Assembly (NCBI GenBank): GCA_964650355.1
Contig: CAZYTL010000004.1
Coordinates: 67,912 to 131,911, forward strand
Origin: an uncultured Gammaproteobacteria bacterium
GTDB lineage: Bacteria; Patescibacteriota; Microgenomatia; CAYXHB01; CAZYTL01
DNA length: 64,000 nt
Direction of reading: 5' to 3'
The position numbers and the translations under genes were made by a program. Below are positions 10,044 through 18,032 of the stretch, one piece after another (the stretch's first letter is position 1; each line of letters starts with the position of its first letter). The notes beneath the pieces were generated by a model that was given only the letters and a program-made list of their open reading frames with translations, was not told the DNA's origin and did no database searches.

Positions 10044-10766
10044 ATGGATATTAAGGCCCTTCAACTCGTTTCCCGCTTCGCTTATTCACCCAACAAATTA
10101 GGTTACTGTGGCTTAAACTCAGCCAACGCCGCCTTTTCCAAATGTCTCGTTAACGGTGACTGTGATCAGGTACCCCAAGAAATAACTCATTTCCAGGGCC
10201 TCCACCCCTATCTCAAAACCATCGCCCAGGTATCAAACAAACATTTTCTTGACTACCAGGTTGTCGAAGCCTATTGGTTGGGTAACGATCAACTAAAAAA
10301 ATTCCAACCCCAACACTACCAAATCCTGATCGACAACCTTCAGGCCCAGGGTTTGCCTGACTTCTTTATTAAAGACGTCAAAAGCCATCCACCCAAAGTC
10401 TTCATTCCTCTCCACATCTTCAACGTCCTCCATATTGGCGTCGGCCGCATTACCGGCTCCGTACCGTTTAACCTCGACTCCATCAATCACTGTATGATCC
10501 GCTGGGGCAAAGTCACCCAAATCAATCCTTCAAAAGCTCAAGCCACCATCAAACTCAAACAATTAAAATACAAGTCAAAAACTAATCATTATCAACTAAT
10601 AACTAATAACGATAGCGAAACCGTCTCCTATGAACCACTCTTCCTTCCCGATTTGAAAATTAACCAGACCGTGGCCGTTCACTGGAAACAAATCACTAAA
10701 ATTCTTACCGCTCGAGAAACCCGTAACCTCTCTCACTGGACCAAAACCATTCTAGATTCTCTCTAA
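10044..10766 (+). CDS. DUF6390-like hydrogenase-associated protein
   Basis: RFAYSPNKLGYCG, VVEAYWLGN, HIFNVLH, CMIRWGKV, VAVHW; start placed at MDIKAL. Confidence 0.7.
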   Translation: MDIKALQLVSRFAYSPNKLGYCGLNSANAAFSKCLVNGDCDQVPQEITHFQGLHPYLKTIAQVSNKHFLDYQVVEAYWLGNDQLKKFQPQHYQILIDNLQAQGLPDFFIKDVKSHPPKVFIPLHIFNVLHIGVGRITGSVPFNLDSINHCMIRWGKVTQINPSKAQATIKLKQLKYKSKTNHYQLITNNDSETVSYEPLFLPDLKINQTVAVHWKQITKILTARETRNLSHWTKTILDSL

Positions 10767-11678
10767 ATTTCGACTCCTTAACCGCAAAGACCTACCTTCT
10801 GCCACAGCCACAAACAATCCCACTCCCGAGATAATCAATCCCGCCTGTAACCCCATCTCCCATGTCCACTGATGGGTCACAAAAATAGCTGATAACACAT
10901 TCGTTACCAAAGTCGCCCCCACCAAAATAGTCGCTACCAATATAACCGGCGCCATCTTTAACGCCCGATACCAAGCCATCAATGTCGATACTAAGGTAAT
11001 CATAGTCACGAGCATCCATAAAAACTGATCCACAGACAAACTCAAAACTTGCCCTATAAACCCAGGATACATCCAAAATGACATGCTTAATAGAATTATC
11101 GATCCTATTCCTAATCTGAAAGCAATAATCAAATCCGGATCCACCTCCTTCACTACTAGTTTAATAATCATCTGTTCCACTGCCCATAAAACAGTTGCCC
11201 CCAGCACCATCAACTCCCCTGTAGAATATTTGAAACCTTCAAATCCTCCCACCACCAAATTACTCCCAAACAAAATTACTATTGCCAGTATCTGCAGCCC
11301 GGACAACCTTTCCTTTAATAAGGGCCATGTTAACAATGCTACCCACAACACCAAACTCTTATGAATCAAAGCCGCATTTATTGCCGGGATCTGCGCCAAT
11401 CCGGTAAAAAACAAATAAAAAGGTACCGCCCCCCCAACTACTCCAATCAGCACCAAACCAATAATATTCTGCTTTGCAGAACCTAATTTCTTTAGATCTC
11501 TCCATTTACCACTCATCACTATCCAGCTAATCACCAATAGCGCCACCCCTGTATTCTTAGTCGCTGTAAACACCAAAGGCGGCTGAATCGCCCCCACCGC
11601 AAACTTATTCACAAAAATCGCCACCCCTGAAATCAGTGCCGCTAACAATGCCCAATAAACACCTTTCTTTAACCTCAT
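10752..11678 (-). CDS. DMT/EamA family transporter
   Basis: About 10 hydrophobic helices in two repeats; ALLAALISG, FYLFFTGL...AALIH. Confidence 0.85.
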   Translation of the reverse strand: MRLKKGVYWALLAALISGVAIFVNKFAVGAIQPPLVFTATKNTGVALLVISWIVMSGKWRDLKKLGSAKQNIIGLVLIGVVGGAVPFYLFFTGLAQIPAINAALIHKSLVLWVALLTWPLLKERLSGLQILAIVILFGSNLVVGGFEGFKYSTGELMVLGATVLWAVEQMIIKLVVKEVDPDLIIAFRLGIGSIILLSMSFWMYPGFIGQVLSLSVDQFLWMLVTMITLVSTLMAWYRALKMAPVILVATILVGATLVTNVLSAIFVTHQWTWEMGLQAGLIISGVGLFVAVAEGRSLRLRSRNLERI

Positions 11679-11785
11679 ACCTTCTTTATATAACACACGA
11701 CACCAAATTAACCTTCTTCAATTATTCAGTCTTCAATCTATATCCTATCTCTCTAATTTCTACTCTCTACTTCCTAATTCCTAAT

Positions 11786-12082
11786 CTATTCTTCCGGCCA
11801 CACTTGTTTCCCTGTCTCTGTGTCCACAATCACAATCGCCTTTGTTGGGCACGACTGTGCAGCCATCGCAATATTCTCCGGAGTGTCTGTACTTTCTTCC
11901 TTCACCACCGCTTTTTGAAACTCATCCAATTCAAACGTCAACGGAGAAATCGCAATACATGAAGCCGCCGCAATACACTTATCCCGAATCACCTTTACCT
12001 TATATTTTCCCACCTGCACAAATTTATCCCCATTCTCATCCGTCTGCACTTGCGGTTGTTGATTACCTTGATCATCAGCCAT
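11786..12082 (-). CDS. Monocluster ferredoxin (probably 3Fe-4S)
   Basis: CIAAASC (middle Cys replaced by Ala)...AAQSCP. Confidence 0.9.
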   Translation of the reverse strand: MADDQGNQQPQVQTDENGDKFVQVGKYKVKVIRDKCIAAASCIAISPLTFELDEFQKAVVKEESTDTPENIAMAAQSCPTKAIVIVDTETGKQVWPEE

Positions 12083-12088
12083 AATACT

Positions 12089-12117
12089 AATGTAAGCAAT
12101 CCCTCATCATTCGTCAA
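12089..12117 (-). promoter_or_regulatory. Sigma70 promoter for a leaderless ferredoxin mRNA
   Basis: Minus strand TTGACG-N17-TACATT-N6-ATG. Confidence 0.6.
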
Positions 12118-12164
12118 GCCCTGTTTATAATCATCTGCTTCTCTTCCGGATCCTCTTAATCATA

Positions 12165-12863
12165 TCACCCAAACGCTTCATGATAAATCCTGTTCTCCGG
12201 TACCCCGATCTGTTTGGCCAACTCCACACTTTCCTCAATCATCTTCGGATTCCCGCAAATGTAAACGGCCAACTTTGATCCGTCCTGATAATCCCCCTTC
12301 ACCAACTCCGTGATGTGCCCACAATCTCTTCTCCATGAATCATCCGGCTTTGATAAACACGGCACAAAAGTAAAATTGCTGAACCGAATTGCCATGTCGT
12401 CAAAATACTCATGCAAAAAAATGTCCCCGCAAAATCTTAGTCCGAAATACAACTTAATTGGTCTTTGCTCGTGTATTCGAAATAGCAACTGCTCAACCAT
12501 CGACTTCAATGGAGCAATTCCCGAACCTGTTCCTAAAAACACCATCTCTTCCGCCCCGTCATCCATTTTCAATTTAAAATTACCCATCGGCCCCATAAAC
12601 TCCAACACATCACCCTCCTGCAAATTATGGACAAAATACGATCCCTCGTGTCCGGGCTTAATATCCACAATCAACTCCATCCTATTTCCGTCAGGCAAAG
12701 AAGCAATCGAATAGTCCCGAATGTCCCTGTCATCTACCTTAATAGCAATAAATTGCCCTGGTTCAAACTGGAACTCATGCTCTTCTGTTTCCAAAGTAAT
12801 CACATGGAATGTGCTCGCCGGATTCTCAACCTTCACCACTTTCGCTTTCTTAAACTCTGGCAT
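12165..12863 (-). CDS. FAD/NAD(P)-binding ferredoxin-reductase-type oxidoreductase
   Basis: PGQF, RDYSIAS, GEGS-like, GPMGNF, GTGSGIAP, YICGNPKM, terminal EAF. Confidence 0.9.
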   Translation of the reverse strand: MPEFKKAKVVKVENPASTFHVITLETEEHEFQFEPGQFIAIKVDDRDIRDYSIASLPDGNRMELIVDIKPGHEGSYFVHNLQEGDVLEFMGPMGNFKLKMDDGAEEMVFLGTGSGIAPLKSMVEQLLFRIHEQRPIKLYFGLRFCGDIFLHEYFDDMAIRFSNFTFVPCLSKPDDSWRRDCGHITELVKGDYQDGSKLAVYICGNPKMIEESVELAKQIGVPENRIYHEAFG

Positions 12864-12958
12864 ATAATCCTAGCTTACCGTAAAATTAGCTATTTGCAAC
12901 TACTACCTCCTTCCTCCTCCTATCAATGAGCTAACAGCTATAAGCTAAAAGTTGATTC

Positions 12959-13772
12959 TCATCCTCTCCACTCTCTAATCGCCTTTTCATAATTTCTAGG
13001 CGTCGACACTTCATACCAGTCACCCTCAAAAGTAAACCCCGCTAACTTGCCATCCTTTACTAATTTAGGGAACACATCATTGTCCAAATCAGCCTTTCCT
13101 CGTACCGGAATATAGTCAAACACCTCCGGACTAAACACATAAAAACCTGCGTTAATCAAATTTGCCGTCTTCTCAGACGATTTTTTCAAAAATTTCACAA
13201 TTCGCTCTCCTCTCAACAGCACCATTCCGTACCCCTCAGTTTCCGCCTTCGCCGACAAAGCCATCGTCGCCACATATCTTTCTTCTTGGTGATAATTCAT
13301 CAGCTCTCTGAGGTCGATCTTTGCCAGCACGTCCCCATTCACCACCAAAAACGGCTGCTGTTTAATTAATTGAAGTGCATTTCTAATCGCTCCCGCACTT
13401 CCCAATTCCTGCTTTTCCTCGCTATATCTGATCCGCATTCCCCACTTCCTCCTTAATCTTATCTCCCAAATGACCGATAGCCAAAATCACCTCTCTGATT
13501 CCCGCTTCCTGCAGCATTTCCAGTGTGTATTCGATTACCGGTTTCCCTCCCACAGGAATCAAAGCCTTCGGCACTTCATAAGTCAACGGCCGCATCTTCA
13601 CCCCTTGCCCCCCTGCCAGCACCACAGCCTGAGTCACCTTAGGATTCAATACCTGCGACAGCAAATACTCGATCGCGTGTGACCGGTTACGGATCTTCAC
13701 GCCGTCAATCACCTCATCCAATCTCTGCAGCACATCCCCCCGCAAAGTAATAGTCAATCTTTCCCTATCCAT
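12959..13772 (-). pseudogene. Ribbon-helix-helix + sugar-phosphate nucleotidyltransferase fusion, split by a frameshift near 13430-13442
   Basis: ORF 13422..13772 carries the RHH (RLTITL...LD...NRSHAIE) plus AVVLAGGQGVKMRPLT...PK. ORF 12959..13438 continues with IRYSEE..LGSAGA...VVNGD...INAG.Y. Could be a sequence error. Confidence 0.75.
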
Positions 13773-13879
13773 AGCCTATATTATATCATCAATCAAATTC
13801 TTTTACTTTCGAGGGTATCTTTTAATAGTGATTCAATCCCCACAATCAACCACCCCAGGTAATCCTAATTTAACCAAAA

Positions 13880-14311
13880 TTAAACAAGATGTCTCTCTAA
13901 TGGGACGAACACTCCCCAGATAAATAAACATAACAAAAACGCCAATCCCAAAAACATCGAAAACAAAAGTAAAATTAACGATCTCTTAAAAATCCTTGAC
14001 CATAGTAACGCATCATAAAACCACAACATCAGCCAGCCTATTCCTGGCAATACTTCTCCCATACATGACCATGACCAGGGTTGATGACTGTAACAAGGAA
14101 TATACATCCCGAAAAACATCCTGAACATCTCATAAAAAGCATAAACCACTACCCCAAACAATATCATCAACACCGCCTGTATCTTACTTGGAACTAAAGA
14201 GACCCTTCTTTTCTTGGCAAAAAACCACCCGCTTAATAACCCTCCTATAAAATAAACTCTTACAAACCAGCCCATCAGTTCCCCCACACTAGTAACTTTA
14301 ATAATTCCCAT
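13880..14311 (-). CDS. Hypothetical membrane protein
   Basis: 143-aa ORF with about four hydrophobic segments, co-oriented with korAB. Confidence 0.6.
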   Translation of the reverse strand: MGIIKVTSVGELMGWFVRVYFIGGLLSGWFFAKKRRVSLVPSKIQAVLMILFGVVVYAFYEMFRMFFGMYIPCYSHQPWSWSCMGEVLPGIGWLMLWFYDALLWSRIFKRSLILLLFSMFLGLAFLLCLFIWGVFVPLERHLV

Positions 14312-14340
14312 TATTCCCTACTTGTTTTCAGGATATAAAT

Positions 14341-15219
14341 CTACATGTACCCCTTCATCAATTCTCCCACATCTCGCTTAGTTGGCAACTGTTCCACCAA
14401 GGGCTTGTCTTTAATCGTCGGAAAATACGATTCCTGAGTCGGCTGTTCCACTTGGTAAAAGATCCCTAACGGAATCTGCTTATCGCCCGGCTTGGCATCC
14501 GGACTCGCCCACTCCAAAGCCTTCGTAAATGCCTTTCCTTTATCCGTCCGGTCATAATCATCCCCCAACCGGTAAATATGTTGTTGAAAAAACAAATGCG
14601 TATACAATTTATTAAACGTCACACACGGCTGCAACACATCCACAACCGCAAACCCCTTATGCTCGGCTGCTTTAACCATTAATTCAGATAAAGAAGGAAT
14701 ATCTCCGGCATATCCTCTGGCCACAAACGTAGCTCCGGCAGCAATCGCCAACGCCAAAGGATGAATCGGCTCATCAGGATTCCCGGCCGGCGTTGATTTC
14801 GACTTAAAATCCTTGGGTGAAGCCGGCGACGTCTGTCCTGTGGTTAGTCCGTAAATCGCATTATCATGAATCACCACCATCAAGTCCTGATTTCGTCTGG
14901 CCGCATGCACAAAATGATTACCCCCCTCAGCCAGACAATCTCCGTCGCCGGTAAACACCACCACATTCAACCGGTGATTAGCAAACTTAATCCCTGAAGC
15001 CACCGGAATCGGCCTGCCGTGCAATCCCTCCACCGCTGAAATCTTCACAAAATTCACAATATGACCGTGACATCCAATCCCGGCCACAATACAAGTATTC
15101 GTATCGTCCCATCCCTGGGCCACACAAGCCTGTTTAAACGCTGCCCAGATCCCAAAGTCCCCGCACCCAGGGCACCAATTCGGTATATTCGGAGTTTGTA
15201 AATTTTGTAGTTCAGTCAT
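14341..15219 (-). CDS. korB: 2-oxoacid:ferredoxin oxidoreductase beta subunit
   Basis: WCPGCGD, GIGC, LHGR, TPP-binding GDGD, DNAIYGLTTGQ.SP, QPCVTFN. Confidence 0.92.
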   Translation of the reverse strand: MTELQNLQTPNIPNWCPGCGDFGIWAAFKQACVAQGWDDTNTCIVAGIGCHGHIVNFVKISAVEGLHGRPIPVASGIKFANHRLNVVVFTGDGDCLAEGGNHFVHAARRNQDLMVVIHDNAIYGLTTGQTSPASPKDFKSKSTPAGNPDEPIHPLALAIAAGATFVARGYAGDIPSLSELMVKAAEHKGFAVVDVLQPCVTFNKLYTHLFFQQHIYRLGDDYDRTDKGKAFTKALEWASPDAKPGDKQIPLGIFYQVEQPTQESYFPTIKDKPLVEQLPTKRDVGELMKGYM

Positions 15220-15224
15220 AATCT

Positions 15225-16997
15225 TTATAAAACGCTTTTAACTTTTTTCACAATTTCTCCGGGATAAATCGGCCTCCCATCATACTTCAGCAAATCATCC
15301 AAAATATCAACTCCCGTATGTTGCTTGATCCACCCTCCCATCTGTCCACTAAAGTTACACTCCACATCAATTAAATATTTCGCCCTCAACAACTGCTGCA
15401 TTACCTCTTGAACAGGAAACGGATTGATCCAAGTCAAATGCAAGTAGTTCACCACGTCTTCGCTTTCATGATTTAAGACTTTCATCGCCTGTAAAATAGC
15501 TCCTTTATTACTACCCCAAGACACAATCGTCACCCGAGCATCTTTGTGCCCATACAACTTAGGTGCTTCCATGTCCTGCTCCCTGCACGTCTCTAACTTT
15601 CTCATCCGTTTAGTCATCTGCTGCATCCGATTTTCCGCATCTTCATCCGAATATCCGGAAGGACTATGTTCGTCCGAATTAACCGTCACGTGGTTACCCA
15701 CTCCCGGAATACTTCGTTCAGAAATCCCGTCTTCGGCCAAAGCGAATCGCCCATAACCTTCAACCTTTTCCATTACCAGCTTCCCTCGGTCCACCTCGTA
15801 GCCGTCGGAGTTAAACGGTGCAAAACTCTGATGGCTCTCACACATCATCTTGTCAATCAACACCACTACCGGAGTCTGATATTTCTCAGCTAAATTAAAT
15901 GCTTTCATCGTCAAATGAAAAGCCTCTTCCGCATCTCCCGGCGCTAACACAATCCTGGGAAACTCCCCCTGATGAGCATGCAACACAAACCGCAAATCCC
16001 CCTGTTCAGTCCAAGTCGGCAACCCTGTTGCCGGCGCCCCCCTCATTCCCATCACAATCACCACCGGCGTTTCCGTCATCCCTGCCAACCCATAACCTTC
16101 AGTCATCAAGCAGAATCCCCCGCCTGATGTGGCCACCATCGACCTCACTCCGGCATACCCTGCCCCAACCGCCATATTTATTCCCGACAACTCGTCTTCA
16201 GGTTGCTTATACACAAATCCGTACTTCTCCTGCCAAGGTGCCAACGCGTGCAAAATATTCGAAATCGGCGTCATTGGATAAATCGCCGCAAACTGCATTC
16301 CTCCCGCCACCGCCCCCAAAGCCACCGACTCATTCGCCGTCACCACCATTCTTTCTCTTGACTCTTGTTTCTCGCTTCTTGAATCTGGTATCACCACTCT
16401 AATTCCCTCATTAAAATGTTCCAATACATAATCATACCCCGCCTTAGCCACTTTTTGATTCTCATCAATAATCTCCTGCTTCTTATCGCTGAACTCCTCC
16501 GCAATCATCTCATTCAAATGCTGCAAGTTTCCTCCCAATAGCGCCATCGTCGCTCCCAAAGCCACCGTATTCCGCATCACTTCCAACCCGCCTAAATCCT
16601 TGGCAATCTTCACTAATGGCACCGGAAACAAATCCGCCTTATCGCTCAATTTACTCACATCTATATTCTGCTCCGAGTTATACAAAATCCCTGGCTTCAC
16701 CTGCTTACCTCCCGCCTCGTACGAGGCTAGTTCATCTTTATGCAGTTCAATCGTCTCGGCATTCAACGCCACCAAAAAATTAGTGTCTTTTACTGGAGCC
16801 GTCACCGGCTCTTTACCTACCACCACTTGCATCACGTTATGTCCCCCCCGCACAATCGAGGGATACTCAGTATAATCATAAATCTCATATCCCGACCTGG
16901 TGGCAATCTTTGAAAACGTCAACCCTGCAGACATGATCCCGAACCCCGCCGGACCCCCTATCTTAAACGAAAACAAACCCTTCATATCTTTCACCAT
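15225..16997 (-). CDS. korA: 2-oxoacid:ferredoxin oxidoreductase alpha subunit (gamma-alpha fusion)
   Basis: IGGPAGFGI, YPSIVRGGH, YPMTP, EDE, ATSGGGF, RGAPATGLPT, KYDGRP. Confidence 0.92.
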   Translation of the reverse strand: MVKDMKGLFSFKIGGPAGFGIMSAGLTFSKIATRSGYEIYDYTEYPSIVRGGHNVMQVVVGKEPVTAPVKDTNFLVALNAETIELHKDELASYEAGGKQVKPGILYNSEQNIDVSKLSDKADLFPVPLVKIAKDLGGLEVMRNTVALGATMALLGGNLQHLNEMIAEEFSDKKQEIIDENQKVAKAGYDYVLEHFNEGIRVVIPDSRSEKQESRERMVVTANESVALGAVAGGMQFAAIYPMTPISNILHALAPWQEKYGFVYKQPEDELSGINMAVGAGYAGVRSMVATSGGGFCLMTEGYGLAGMTETPVVIVMGMRGAPATGLPTWTEQGDLRFVLHAHQGEFPRIVLAPGDAEEAFHLTMKAFNLAEKYQTPVVVLIDKMMCESHQSFAPFNSDGYEVDRGKLVMEKVEGYGRFALAEDGISERSIPGVGNHVTVNSDEHSPSGYSDEDAENRMQQMTKRMRKLETCREQDMEAPKLYGHKDARVTIVSWGSNKGAILQAMKVLNHESEDVVNYLHLTWINPFPVQEVMQQLLRAKYLIDVECNFSGQMGGWIKQHTGVDILDDLLKYDGRPIYPGEIVKKVKSVL

Positions 16998-17040
16998 ATC
17001 AAATTACCACCAGCCCTACAACCACCAGCACCACAAAAAC

Positions 17041-17901
17041 TTAACCCCCATTTCCCGTGGGACCTCTCTTACTCATTACCGCCAGCCTTCTCTTCTTCAT
17101 CACCGACACCTGCAATACCAACCTCAGCACCAACACTCCCAACCCGAATATCACTACAGGTAAACTTAGCGGCGGCAGACCTTTATTCCAGTGAACCAGC
17201 CAATCCTGCCACACCACCACCCGTTTGATTCCGAAATGAATGATGGTGAGAAAATAAGCCGCATAACCCACCCGCAACAATCTCCGCCACCACAGTCCTA
17301 ATCTTCTTATCGACCAATTATTGGAAATCGCCGCCATCATAGTAAAAATCACCAAAGCTACCAAGCCACTCACGAAGGCCCAAATATTCGATAAAGTAAA
17401 ACTGCCCACCATCGGCCAATTAAAATACAAATCAAAAATTCCGCTGTCTCCCAACCTCAGCCAGTCTCTTATCATCAGTAAATTAAAATAATTTACCAGC
17501 CCAAATAAGCTATGTAACAACGCATACGCAAATCCTACTACTCCCAAATATCGGCGATAAATAATATATCCGTCAGCAAAATCCCAAAAATAAGCCAATC
17601 CGCTCAAAGCCATCGATAACCCCATTACCAGGAACCCGGCAAACCCGGCAGCCTGATTAAACAACACCAGCGACTCTTCCGATACTGACATATACAAATA
17701 CCCACTGCACAAACAGAATACCAACCCCGAAAACAAAAACGCCTTGGCCCATAATTTCAAAGTCGGGTGCTTATGAGGCCGGGTATCCACGTGATGCTCT
17801 TCTGGCTGTCCGCTGGTATTTGACGGGTTCTGCAAAACTGACAACTTAACAACCTTCTCCGCAATCTGCTGTCCTGTTTGAGTCTGACTCGGTTCGTCCA
17901 T
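17041..17901 (-). CDS. Ferric-reductase-like transmembrane protein (MsrQ/YedZ-like)
   Basis: RRYLGV..F.YALLH, AAISNNWSIRRLG..WRRL, IIH; multiple TM helices. Confidence 0.75.
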   Translation of the reverse strand: MDEPSQTQTGQQIAEKVVKLSVLQNPSNTSGQPEEHHVDTRPHKHPTLKLWAKAFLFSGLVFCLCSGYLYMSVSEESLVLFNQAAGFAGFLVMGLSMALSGLAYFWDFADGYIIYRRYLGVVGFAYALLHSLFGLVNYFNLLMIRDWLRLGDSGIFDLYFNWPMVGSFTLSNIWAFVSGLVALVIFTMMAAISNNWSIRRLGLWWRRLLRVGYAAYFLTIIHFGIKRVVVWQDWLVHWNKGLPPLSLPVVIFGLGVLVLRLVLQVSVMKKRRLAVMSKRGPTGNGG

Positions 17902-17947
17902 AACTCCAATTTAACCTACCAGGTATCTCATCGCAATCTCCTAGCCC

Positions 17948-17963
17948 TTACTCTTTAGAGTAA
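17948..17963. promoter_or_regulatory. Inverted repeat in a divergent promoter region, candidate operator
   Basis: TTACTCT-tt-AGAGTAA. Confidence 0.3.
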
Positions 17964-18032
17964 CATCCTTCTTATAAAATTCCGAAATCCTCAAACTTTA
18001 GTATACAATGAATTCAATCCCCAACTCTCTTC

